From Eledone cirrhosa (Eukaryota), in contig OZ024740.1 in assembly GCA_964016885.1 (NCBI GenBank), forward strand, positions 308,884,001-308,948,000: 64,000 bases of DNA. The letters are read 5' to 3'. Position numbers and translations under genes: made by a program. Shown piece by piece: positions 51,501-64,000 of this stretch (position 1 is its first letter; every line of letters starts with the position of its first letter). Below the pieces are notes generated by a model, which did no database searches, had not been told where the DNA came from, and worked only from the letters and a program-made list of their open reading frames with translations.

Positions 51501-52154
51501 TCAATTACATTCTTTTAAAAAGATAATAAGGTGTGATTTGAAGAAATATTTAGCTGCTGTTCCTAGTAGGTCAAGGATATACAGGTTCTCTTTTTAGCTC
51601 ATTTCACCTTATTTATAATGACATTTCTAGAATAAGAAAAATGAAATAGCAGCCTTTAGAATAATGACCCAATAAGAGTACAGCTGGAGGTTAACAGATC
51701 TGGGAAATGCAATCAACAAATACTGGATGTATTGTCTAAAGTCAATAGCCAATTAACTCAAAAAGGAGACACAAAGATCTTGAATATCAGATAGACATTT
51801 GATTAAACACACACGCACACACACACATATATCATGATCATCATTATCATCATCATCTTCATCATTTTACACAAGCTTCTCCATGTTGGCATGCATTGGA
51901 CATTCCGTCACAGTCTGAGTTAGTACTTACTTCGGGTTGCTACACTCTTAGACTGGTTAGAGACTACATCTCACTATAATGTAACACTTTTGTCATGTTT
52001 TCTATGGTTTGATGCTCTTCCTATCAACAACTATTTTACAGAGTGTGCTGGTTGCATTTTATTTTGGTATCAGCATCAGAGATGTTGTCTTCATGGCAAA
52101 ATTAATAAATATTGTCTCTACCTTATGCTATCTCAGTTCATTCAATATATATAT

Positions 52155-52925
52155 ACAGTAGAGAAGCTAGAGAATAAATTCTGGCTGTGGAAACAGCAGT
52201 TGGAATTAAGGGGACTGAGAGTGAACCTAGCAAAGACTAAAGTGTTGATAAGTAGGAAAGAGGATAAGACTCTGATTCCGTCAGGGAAATGGTCATGCTC
52301 GATATGTTGAAAAGGAGTTGTCATAAACTCTATACAATATACACAATGCAGATCTTGGGTACACAGGAGGTTTAGTGGGATAGCAGGCAAGAAAGGAAAA
52401 CTTCATATGTAGTAGATGTTCAGGGAATATTGATAGTAGAAGTGTCAGTGATTAGCACATTTTTCAAACACAGGTAGGATCTATAGAAGTGGTTGATAAC
52501 TTCTGATATTTAGGTGATCAAATTAGCAAGGGAGGATAATGCTCCAAGGTCATAGTATCTAGAATAAGGACAGGATGGAAGAAGTTTAGGAAGCTGCTTC
52601 CTCTGTTGAGAACAAAGGTTTTCTCTCTACAAACAAAAGGTTGGCTGTATGGTGTCTGTGTGAGATGCGTGATGTTGCATAGTAGTGAGACATGAGCAGC
52701 AACTGCGGAGTATATGCGAAGGCTAGAGAGAAATGAAGCAAGTATGCCACGATAGATGTGCAATGTCAATGTAAATGAACAACCAAGCATGGACGAGTTG
52801 AAAGTGAAACTGTGTATAAAAGGGATAAATTGTATGTAGTGTACGGGAGAGAAGACTGCGTTGGTATGGCCATATGAGGCACATGGAAATGACTGCTGGG
52901 TGAAGAAGTGCCAAGAAATCCTGGA
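52155..52925 (+). mobile_element. Degenerate RTE LINE RT C-terminus, same family as 15121-16219
   Basis: WKQQLELRGLRVNLAKTKV..GKWSCSIC..WVHRRFSGI..RIRTGWKKFRKLLPLL. Confidence 0.85.
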
Positions 52926-53967
52926 GGAAGAGGAATGCAGACTTACTGCCTTCCTAGATGCATCAGGAGACCATGTTTAGCTCAAACATTCCCTTTTTGC
53001 CATATTCTCTAGGACTAGACACCATCCCTAACACGAACCACATTCTATATTACAGAGTGTATTGGGTGCATTTTATGTCCTTGACTAGCTTAAAGAATCC
53101 TCTCTTGTAATATGTGATCTGGCTTCATACATTGTGAATTTGAATCCCACCTCTTTTAGCCATGAGTTGCAAATAGCAGATATTATCAGCATTGGAAAGA
53201 CCAATAAAAGCATAGTTATACATTCCTTGGTCTGATTCTTTCCTTTCCTAATATTTTGATGGATTTACCAAAATTATGTTCTATTTCTTTGCTAAAAGTG
53301 TAACTAAACATATTGATATGAAGGACTCTTCAGTTGTGTCAAAGACATGGCAATCTCTTTTGTTGGTGATCTACATGATAAATGCACTTAGTACATTCTG
53401 TAAAGTGGTTGGTGATAGGAAGATGATAAACCACTGAAAACCTGCCAAACAAAAAGTTGGGAAGACTTTTCAGTAGCATCAAAGACACGACAATCTCCCT
53501 AGTACTGGAGCCATGATAAAATTTACTTGGTAGAGCCCAGGAACATATATAAACAAGATGTCAGCCAATTTTAGAGGTCATGGCAATGCAATGCAGGTCA
53601 TAATCTTCTCCAGTTATCAGATAAATGACTGATGACCTTGAAATCATAGGGGAAAAACTCCACTGACATGAACTTAACAAAATTATACATGCACAAATGC
53701 ATGTGCACAGATACACACACACACATATATATATACATACATATATATTCACACACATACACATATGTATATATGCATGTATATAATCAAATATATAGAT
53801 GGAAAAAATAGTTTTTAAATCCTTTTAAAATTTTTACACATGTTTCAAGGGCATTACAGAATTCAGTATTATATATAGAATTACTGAATGGATGTTATGT
53901 ATAATTCTTATAAGCAATATAAACAATTTAAATCTATACCATTTAAATATACATATACATATATACA

Positions 53968-55363
53968 TCTATACTATAAAGCTGACGGCCGTATGTAGGT
54001 AACAAACTTTCAGTCAAACGGCTGGACCAAATTTGCACCATAGATGTAACTTTTTCCAAGTAAAAGAGTGAGGGTATTTTTGTCTACTGAATTTTGTTAA
54101 AAGATTATAGAAATTTATATATTCATTTCTTTAAAATTTCAAATGTCTCCACTTCCGGTTATACAACATTCTTCACTCTTTCTTATGACGTCGCACAACA
54201 TTCCCCTCTTTTTCTTAGTCTGTCTTTTTAGATAGATACATAGCTATAACGTAGCGCCCTTATAATATGTCTCTGTATGTCTGACTGTCTGCATTAGATA
54301 ACGTTTTTCGAAATATTTACTTCTGCGTTCACAGACTGATATTTTTAGTTTCAGAAGACCCCGTTAAGGGTGAAAGCAGCGATTCTTTGCTCAAACTTTA
54401 ATCTGTTATTTTAATATATATATTCGTGTACAGATATAAACCTATTTATTTTACGAAAGCACAGGCGGCTTATCGTCATTGTTACTGTTCGAGGTTAGAG
54501 GACCACAGTCTTTCCCAGATCTGAGAACCATCAATGGCCATCAATGTTCCACTTACCGTTTGGCTTGCCAGATGCGTAGTATGTTACACGATGACAGCCA
54601 TTGGCACCTCACCCTGCAAGAAGCAGCAACTGCTAAAGTCCCTTCTCAGCTGCGAAAACCTTTTGCTATTATGCTGCACAACTGCGATCTCGCCGACCCT
54701 CTCGCACTGTGGAACAACCACCATGAAAGTCTAACTGAGGACATCCTCCACTGCACACGCAGACACAATCCAAACGTAACATACGATGTCGTTTTCAATG
54801 AGGCGCTCATTTGTCTTAAAAACAGTGTCCTGGAGATTGGTGGTAGGCCTCTAAGTCACTACAGCTTACCTGCTCCTGACAGGAGTGTCCAGAGGTCAAC
54901 GTCTACAGAGCTTCTCCGCGAGATGAGCTACGAAATCAGTGATTCTCCCATGGTCAATTGTATGTAGGATGCTCTAGGGTGAGCTCGCCAAACAATCTCT
55001 TCATCTTTGCTCTGGAGGGCCGAACAAAAAATATTGTATACTCTGAGGCTCTAACAATGTAATTTAAATATTTTCTGTTACTTGGAATTTTCATCATGGT
55101 TGTACGAATTATTGTTTGTTAAAAAATTTGTTCTCAGTTCAGCCTTTATTGTTGTAACTATCAATTTTCTTTAACGTACTGGCTGCTGAACTGGGGATCC
55201 TAAAAACTATTCAAACCCAACTTCAGAGCACGTTAACCCCCCCCCCCCCCCCTCGCTGACTTGATAGGGCGTGCGGTATCTTTGCACTGGAGTGTAGGGG
55301 GGATTCCTGAAAAGATAAAATGCCGGTATACCTAGCCGGACGCCAGCCGGACGGGCGTAGTAG
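53968..55363 (+). mobile_element. Non-autonomous Helitron with internally deleted RepHel
   Basis: A|TCTATACTATAAA 5' end; GC-rich subterminal hairpin then GTAG|T (variant of CTAG). Internal VRGPQSFPDLRTING..DDSHW..LQEAA..PSQLR is joined directly to the helicase terminus FSHGQLYVGCSRV..TKNIVYSEAL*. Confidence 0.85.
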
Positions 55364-55579
55364 TATATACATATTCCACAGAAGAATTTAAAAAAATGAT
55401 ATTAAATTAAGGCAAAGTGTAACAGAACTCCATTCATTAATTTTTAAAATTGCATTTGTGATAACATTTTACACGTTTTTATTGTATGTAAACTTCCCCC
55501 TTTGTATTTGTCCCCTTCTTTTGTGCCCCTGTGGCTAATAAAGAAACATATCTATCTATATATCTAATAATTATCTATC

Positions 55580-58500
55580 TCTGAAATAGAGGAAGTTGTG
55601 TGCCAGTCACGCTGGTAAGTTTTTCTCTTTTATTTATAAAAAACAAAAATTATTGTTTTAAAAAAATATACCACTATATAGATTGACCCTCTGACTAAAT
55701 TGTCAGTGGGTGGGTCATTGAAATTTTCATAAAAATTTATAACAATTTGTTTTAACTATGAATGATAAAATTAAAGCGCTTCCCGCCATTAATGGAAATG
55801 GGAGCGTTGAAATGAATGTCACTATGGCAACAGGTAGTGACCGAGATAAATCACACCAAAACAAAAGTATGGAAACACATACGGCACAAAAAATATTGAA
55901 CTAGAGAAAAACACAACTTCACAAATGAATTCCACAACCACAAATCAAGCAATTGAAAATTACAAAAACAACAACAACAATGACAACAACAACAGCAGCA
56001 ACAATGATGACAACAACACCAACAGCAGCAACAGTAATGACAACACCAAGAAGAACAACTCCACACCACAAACAAGGAAAAAAAGGTTTCATTCGCACAA
56101 ACTGTCCAAAAGACGGAACTATATACACAGATTGACATCTCTAATGCCAGAGAATTGCTAAGAGATGCCAAGCAATACATAACTTTTGGGGAGAATGGCG
56201 CTTTTAGCATCACTTCTCCCCAAGAATTGCGTAGAGACAAACTCAAATACCACCAGAAAACCAGCTCAATTAACTCAAAACGAAATTGAGCTGGTTCTAA
56301 GAAACTCCATGAAGGACATTACCTTCATACAGAAGGGAAAACTCTTCGGGAGTTTATCAATAATAACGAAAGACCAATTGACGGCACAGAAATATTCTGT
56401 GTCGCCAATTGTGTCCCCCCTCTACACCTTTTCCCCCACATATATGGGAAAAAGGACCCCAAAAATAAGAGTAACAAATATCACACCAAATGTAAACATC
56501 TGGTGGATATGAGCTGGTTTCATCAATTTTGATGAAGACAGTAATTTCGGTAGGAAAGTCCTCCAGGGGCATATTTAACGGTACAAGCTTAGAAGTTCTG
56601 GTCCAAATGAGACCAGAACGGATAGCTAGAATACCACAACGTGTGCCTCTGGATGGAAATTCCTACATAAACATTTCTGTTGAGGGTAGGCGGCCTTCAT
56701 GTTACCAGTGTTTAAGCAGTGGTCACATGGGGGGCTTCCTGTCCTCAATTAACTGCATTAAAAAAAAGGCACTACTGCCGACACCCAACACAACACAACC
56801 ACCGCCACAACAACAACAACAACACAAAAATAATAAAAACAAACCAAACTGCAAACGCAGTCCCACCCAACCCCTCCCCACATAAAACAACTCCCAAAAC
56901 ACCCACAAGCACAACAGCTCCCCAAAACGTACCCCTCCCCAAACAGACACCACAACGGACGAAGTCCCCTCGTCATCACTCAGTGATGATGAAGGAGAAC
57001 CCTTCCTCTAAAAAAAAAAAAAAGAAAAAAAGACATAACACGAACAAAAAGGCAACAAACAACACAAACATTACAAACAAAAATCCCTCCTCCCGAAAAC
57101 AAAACAATGACAACACTCCAAACACAAATACCCACAACAAAACGAAAACACACACAAGAACAACAGACAAAAACTAACACAACACAACAAAAATATTATA
57201 CATACATAAACACTGACAATAAAACCTTGATGGAGGTCATCTCCAAAAACCCTCCCGTGGAAACCGAAGGAAAATATTTTACCAAATGTAAAGACAAACC
57301 TAATTTAAGAATGATTAGGGTCCCTACGGACACCTATAAGTCCTTAATGGAAAACTTTGCTGAGGACGTGGGGAATATGTGTGTTAAACCAAAGAACCGC
57401 GTCCTCTTGAAACGTTTCCCCATCCCAGACACCCCCACCCTACCAGACACCCCCTCCCCACCAAACATCTCCATCCCCACACCGCCAGGAACCACCACCC
57501 TACCAAACAACCCCTCCAACTCCCCCATGGACATTGTGCAGCTCGGTCTCCAGGAGGTGAGGAGGTAAGTGAATTCTTTCCTCTTCTTTTCTAACTCTTC
57601 CTCACCAACATGGCCAATATAAAAGTCGGATGTGTGAATGTACGCGGCCTGGGGATGCCCTGGAAACAGGGAAAATTCTTAAATGACCTCAGGTCGCACA
57701 GTATGGATGTAGTAGCCATTTGCGAGTCCAGGATCCACAGCGAGCGACAGCTGGCCCCCATCTTCGACGACTACGAGATCTACGCATCTCTCTGTCAGCC
57801 GGGAGGTGGGGGCAGGGTTGCCGTTTTGCTGTGGAAACACCTGGACCTCGTAACACAGATGGTACATCTGGACCCGGAGGGTCGACTGGTGGTCCTAGAT
57901 GTTGACGGTAGTGAAGGTGGAGCCTTCAGGCTGGTGGCTGTATATGCCCCATCAGGAACTCCGCGGCCAGACTTCTTCAAATGTCTAGAGACTTTTCTGG
58001 GAACGTCCCGATCCTTGCTTTTAGTGGGGGACTGTAATGGAATCCTAGAAGCACGTTGGGACTATGTGGCAGCATGTCCCAATAAAGGGGGAGGGGTGTA
58101 ACAGCCTCAAACAGTTAATCGGCCGATTTGACCTGGCCGATAGATATCGACTAGATTCTCCGACTGTGCCACTGTGGACGTGGACTAATTTTAGCGGAAC
58201 ATCTAGATCGTACCTAGATAGGGTTTTAGTTAGAAATAAAGATAGGGACATGCTAAGCTGTCCACAAATGTTCATGGTTGCCTATTCAGATCACAAACTA
58301 GTGACCTGCATGGTCAACCTTGATAGAAACCGTAGACAAGGACACGGCTACTGGAAGCTGAACTTGTCGTTACCGATATGCAAAGCCTACAGTAGATGGA
58401 TTAGCACTTTAGTTAAACAGCACTTGACAGGGGCCATTGTCAACAACAGATGGTGGTACTCTCTCAAGAGGGCAGTTAGATTAGACTCATTAGTTTTTAG

Positions 58501-61066
58501 TAAAGAATTAGTGTTAGATAGAAATAGGACTGAGAAGGAACTGGTAGATAAAGTAGAAGAGGCAATTAGAAGTGGCAACGTAGCCAGCGTGCTAGCAACG
58601 AGAACGGCCTTGGACCAGTTCTTCGACGCAAAGCACGAGGGCTGCGTTGTCAGAAGCAAAATACGTGCTCTGGGTAACGAGGGAGCCAAAGCTGTTAGCT
58701 GGGCCCAGGTGACAGAGGCGAAAAGTGGCAACAAGTCCATGATTCGGTCTTTGAAGGACCAAGACGGACGCGTGATACATGATCCGAAGGAGATGTGCGT
58801 GGCCTTTCAGCGGCACTTTGCTCAGCTGTTTGGGCAGGGCGGCACGCTGGGAGAGGCTATGGATTTTGGTCCATACCTCGATTGCCTGCAGCGACTCTTG
58901 GTCAGCGAGGTGATGTTCTGTGAAAGGCTGATTTCAGCCGGTGAGACAGGGGACGCGCTGAACCAATGCCGCAAACGCAAATCTCCAGGTCTCGACGGTC
59001 TACCCTACAAATTTTACGTAGCAATGCCGGACTTGTTCTCTGTTCTCCTGGAAGCAGTCTACTGCAACTGGCAGCAGAACGGGAGAATTCCCAGTTCTGT
59101 GACCAGGGTCGTAGTCATGCTAGTCAGGAAGGACGAGAATAAGGGGGATGACATAGGCAACTTCCGGCCCATAACTCTGCTAAACACAGAGTTACAGATT
59201 TTGGCCAAGGTGTTGGCAAAGAGGCTGGCGCTTGTCGTCAAAAACCTGGTGGGAGAAGCGCAGACATGCGCAATTACCTGGATGCGGTACTCGAGGTGGC
59301 AGGCTTCGGACCCGTGTTTAGGGGCTGGATTGCTGCAATGCACAGCAGCAACATCTGCTCAAGGGTCAAGGTGATCAGCTACCTCTTGGAGCCGTTCCAT
59401 ATCACGCGATCCATTCGACAGGGATGCACTCTCTCCTCCCTTCTGTATGTACAAACTCTCGAGCCACTACTGCGGAAGTTGGAGCTATTGCAGGGCATCC
59501 CTCTGGAACCGAGACTGCAAATCGAGGAAGTCGGTACCTTACTGAAGGAATACGAAAGGTTCACAGGAGCAAAGCTGAACCGGGATAAGTCCATCGGTTT
59601 GCAACTCGGATTGTGGAGAGGCAAACCGATGGCGTCGTCGGACGCTGGACGGAAGGATCGGTAAAGCTGCTCGGGGTCTGGTTTGGTCCGGACCTCCAGG
59701 TGGAGAAGAACTGGAACGAGGTGACGGCCAAGGTATTTGCACTCACCCAGAAGTGGGCCGAGAGCAAACTATCCTTGAAAGGTCGAGCGGAGATGGCGAA
59801 CACTTTTATAGCATCCGTCATCTACTACTGCTTGACCGTCGTGCCTTGTACAGCCAAAACGCTTACCAAAATGGACCGCGCGCTCTTCCAATTCCTTTGG
59901 AAGAAGCGGGCTCCTTTGATGAGAAGATCTATCTGCTGCCAACACCCTTCCAACGGAGGGCTGGGGATGCCGTGGCTGACGATTTGCAAACACGCGCTCA
60001 GGCTGCGGCATCTCTACGTATTCCTTACCGGACAACCGGTGTGGGCCCCGTTCGTGAGGCGAGCCTTCCCACGACTCGTCTCGCTGACCGAGCTGCAGTC
60101 CTGGGTCAAGCAAAGACCGAGGAAAATGGGCGACTGGCACATCGAATGTGCTCAGGCGCTCACAGCCCTCTGGCAGGCGGACCCGGTGATCAGTGGAGAC
60201 TCCACTTCGTCATTCTATAGAGGGTTGATCCGCAGCAAGTGCGACGACATGCTCGGAGAAACTCTAGGTGTAGAGGAAGACGAACTGGCCAGTCTGTTCG
60301 GTAGGACCTTCCGCCCGGGACTGATGGACAACTTCCAAAAGTCCCTGGCCTGGCAATGCTACCGAGGAGCTCTACCAGTTCGAGACAAGCTCTACAGACA
60401 TGGGCGCCCGGGCAGGGATCCTTCGAAAAAGATCTGTCCGAGATGCGTGCGAGACGAAGAAACCGTCGCGCACGCATTCATACACTGCCCGGGCGTTACC
60501 GACCTGTGGGGCTATATAGAACAACTATTGTTGCGGATGGGACCAATCCGGTTGACCACCGAGTCCAATGTCATGATCAAACTGCTACCCTCCTTCAACG
60601 AAGCTATGGCGAAAGAGGTTGTATGGTGGACAAGGTTAAAATGGCTGAAGTCAGACACCTATCTCTCCGGTCAACAACTGATTCTTTTTTTCAAATACCA
60701 CTTTGGAAGAAGAATCAGGATGGAGAGACAGGTGCTGTACCCCAGCAAGTTTTATGAAAGGTGGGTGAAAGTGGCGAGAATGGCCCGAGTGAATGGGCCT
60801 TCTCTCTATATCAGCCTATAGGTTGAGGAAAAAGAGGAAGAGAGGAAAGGAGTACAAACTCTTCGTACTCCTGGAGATGAGGGTTGCACATTTTTTTCGG
60901 GGGTATGTGTTACCCATATGAAATGTCTCCCCCTATTGGGGAAAATCGATTAATTTTAAAATTGCATTTGTGATAGTATTTTAGACGTTTTTATTGTATG
61001 TAAACTTCCCCCTTTTTATTTGTCCCCTTCTTTTGTGCCCCTGTGGCTAATAAAGAAACATATCTA
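55580..61066 (+). mobile_element. Full-length but inactivated Tx1/L1-clade LINE
   Basis: ORF1 (about 55758-57568, broken) with zinc-knuckle-like CYQCLSSGH; ORF2 57610-60821; 3' UTR with AATAAA at 61049. Confidence 0.92.
57610..60821 (+). pseudogene. Tx1/L1 ORF2 (APE-RT-zinc binding), frameshifted and with deletions
   Basis: NVRGL, VYAP, SYLDR, SDHKLV, YWKLN, KSPGLDGLP, NFRPITLLN, RQGCTLS, GGLGMP, CPRC..ETVAHAFIHC spread over four ORFs; no YADD motif. Confidence 0.9.
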
Positions 61067-61467
61067 ATATATATATATATATATATAACCATTTCCCTCT
61101 TTTTTATATATTTCTTTTCTTCTTTTATTCATTTATCCATTTATCTTTTTATTCATTTATCTATGTATGTATGTATTTATTTATCTCTTGCCTTTCCTCT
61201 TCTTTACTATATCTCTAATTTGCTCTACGTCCTTTTCTTCTTTAAGTTTATCATATTATTCGTGGTATAAAAACGTTGAGATTTGATGAAATAAATCACT
61301 GCCAATACGGGAATTCAATAATCAAGACCGTAGTGGTATGTCATATATCAAATCATATATTTTGTCTGATGAGGACGTACTGAAAAAAACAGCACAGTAC
61401 CTTTGAAATATATATAATAAAGTATATATTTTGATTATGCGAATATTTTTCATTTGTTAACATTTTG

Positions 61468-61531
<64 letters not shown>

Positions 61532-62199
61532 TTACAACAGTGACATAAACAGGTACTCATTCAGCCTGTCATAATAAAAATAAAAATAAAGATAGCCGCC
61601 TAGGGTTGATTGTGCTTCCCTTTAGGAATATATCATAAGAGTTTAAACAAAGGCAGGTAATTTGGAAATTATTTAGGAAAAGGGTTTCTTTTAAATTAGA
61701 AGGTAAGATCAAGAGAGGTAACTCTTGAGAGACCACGGTCAAGCTTGAATAAGAGTGGAAGAAAAGTAATTTTTTCTAGCTGGCTCAAAGAATCCAATTT
61801 CCCTGATATACAAAATAGTCAGTAAATCAAAGTATATTTTTAGACCTGTTAGTCAGGCCTAAGCCATTTACTCAAAATATACTTCTTCTCATGGAGACAA
61901 ATACCACACCAAAGCAATCAAGCCGTGTGTTGAGGCAGTGCTTATCTGAAGCTAATTGTGAGAGTATATACCATTTTTCAGAATTACAAAGTCAATTCAT
62001 GCATACACATATCATACATTTTACAATGTGCACGTTCAAAATTTTAACGTCTTTTCATTTGATTTAACTTAAATCTGCTCTCCAAACAAGCAAGTCAACC
62101 TGATCGATTTTTTAAGTCTCTCATAGTTTGTTATTCTCTCATTCTTTTGTTATCTAGGCGATTTAATGTTCTTCCTAACGCATTGTTTGGTTTTCAAAA

Positions 62200-62658
62200 T
62201 TTGTGGGACAAGGTGATAAAAACTGACCTTGCTCACTTACATCTCTCCAAGACAATGTCACTGGATCGAGATCTTTGGCACCTTGCAGTTGTACAGAAGA
62301 CCCACCTTCCCTTGCATACAAACCTACAGTCAGTAGGCACCTCATAACGCAATATAGACCCCACCCCACACACCCTACCCCATTCTCTCATTTCCATGCA
62401 CTTTGTCAGTGACACACCAAAAAGCACTCAATCCACACTGTAAAATGGTCATGTAGGAGACACGGTAAAAAGGTTCCCAGCCCACACTGTAAAAGTGGTT
62501 GGTGTTAGGAAGGGCATCCAGCCGTAAAAACCTGCCAGAGACACTTTCGTCTGAGCGAGACACGGTCTCCCGACCAATCTCACAGCAAATGGAACAAAAC
62601 CGTCTAACCCATGCTAACGTGGAAGATGGTCATTAAACGATGATAATGATGATGATGA

Positions 62659-62660
<2 letters not shown>
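62200..62660 (+). mobile_element. RTE LINE extreme 3' end plus 3' UTR and (GAT)n tail
   Basis: WDKVIKTDLAHLHLSKTMSLDRDLW, nearly identical to the end of the 15494 ORF. Confidence 0.85.
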
Positions 62661-62699
<39 letters not shown>

Positions 62700-62952
62700 G
62701 GTGTTAAAGTTTGCTTGAAGCATTGTGAAATGTGTAAAAATACGTATTTAAGAAAGCCACAACAATGCAAAGGGAAATCTCGAGGTAGGAAGTGAAATAT
62801 AGATAGGAAAAACAGGTGAAAGTGAAAATTGAGAGAGACAAAGATGAAAACAAAACAAAGGTAGAAGGGTTACCGTAGTAGAGATTTAATCCCAATATTT
62901 CGGGCTCACTCCCATCAACGGGGGAAAAACAAACAATTTCTGACACACCCCG

Positions 62953-62990
<38 letters not shown>

Positions 62991-62994
<4 letters not shown>

Positions 62995-63802
62995 CGGGGT
63001 GTGTCAGAAAAGTAACAGGATTAGTGTGCTGTATGAGCTATGAGTTGGATAGGCATTAGTGGATTGTGTCACCGTGTGGGGAGTATATTTTTCATGTGTT
63101 TTTGTTAACAGCTCCTCAATTTTAGGCCATTGCGTGATGGGCACAGAGCAACAAATGATCCTGGAGGTTCTGGTCTGGCTGGGGAAAAGTTCATTAGAAG
63201 CACTCGGAATACTGCAGCAAGTGTATGGAGATGAGATGATGTAGCACTCATGGGTTTTCAAGTGGCACAAAAGGTTCAAAGATGACCCCAGGAGCATAAG
63301 GTCTTCAATGAGCAGGACTGAGTCCAACATTGTGCTGGTGAAGCAGCTGGTGCATGGCAGTTGTCAGCCGGCTGACTGTTTGACTGATTGCAAGTGAGCT
63401 GGGCATGGAAGATTATCATGGAAGATTTGGGCATGCGGAAGAACTGGGTGAAGATGGTGCCTAAGCTGCTGAATGATAACCAGAAGGAGTGGAGCAGGTG
63501 TGTCAAGACATTCTTGAGCATCTTTAAACCATACCAGACTTGCTGGGGGAGTCATCACCGGTGAGGAGTTATAGATCTTCAAGTATGACCTGGAGACCAA
63601 GCCCCAGAGCCATCAAGTGGGCTGTGACGATGGAGCTGCAGAGAATCCTTCCAGGAATGCATGGAGGCATGGCAGAGAAAGATAGGAAAGTGCATTAGAC
63701 TTGATGGGGATTAATTCGAAGAAGAAAAATTGTAAATTGTAGTTTAAATTTGAAATATTTTTTTGCCACCCCAGTCCTGTTTCTTTTCTGAGAGAAACAT
63801 AG
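62991..63802 (+). mobile_element. Internally deleted mariner element
   Basis: VYGDEMM..WVFKWHKRFKD, EDLGMRK..KMVPKLL, VITGE...FKYDLETK; TIR-like tcagaaaagtaacaggat and gtcctgtttcttttctga. Confidence 0.8.
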
Positions 63803-64000
63803 TATTTTGTTCATATATATATAAAAAGCATGTAATATTTAAGAAACAGAATATACTTTAAGGTGGAAAAGTTATTATTTTCCTTATGGCCGCTGTTTCA
63901 TAGTTGCTAAAACCGGAGTGAAAATTGATCTAAGTAATCAATCATTGATTACCAACTATGTTGATATTTTAAATTAGTATATCTGCCTCAAATCCTTAAT

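Noticed and set aside
55851-57180. Cys-, Val- and Phe-rich minus-strand ORFs
   Set aside because: Antisense shadows of the (AAC)n-rich Tx1 ORF1.

Overview
AT-rich, microsatellite- and transposon-dense animal genomic DNA, not prokaryotic. The (TA)n/(GAT)n tracts and SINE/RTE repertoire suggest an octopus, which is an inference. Host genes: (1) a complete 11-exon UBR7 gene on + (10042-23014, 423 aa, all splice phases checked by hand); (2) an intronless RING/TRAF-zinc-finger E3 ligase on - (25938-27083), convergent with UBR7; (3) the 5' part of an unidentified signal-peptide gene on - leaving the left edge through a probable GC-AG intron. The rest is transposable element sequence: a full-length but disabled Tx1/L1 LINE plus a truncated copy, CR1, Penelope, several RTE families, CRE and R4/NeSL-type endonuclease remnants, a non-autonomous Helitron, pogo, mariner, piggyBac and its MITEs, a solo LTR inside a 55-bp minisatellite, and many SINEs. 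Best leads: a SINE with two inverted tRNA-like modules and the 3' tail of the CR1 in this window; a Tx1 LINE bracketed by direct repeats of its own 3' end and missing its RT catalytic motifs; inverted repeats and hairpins in the UBR7 pre-mRNA; a 118-nt hairpin; decayed hammerhead-like motifs. I found no novel multi-gene system. All homology calls come from motif recognition, not database searches, and repeat boundaries are approximate unless termini are quoted.
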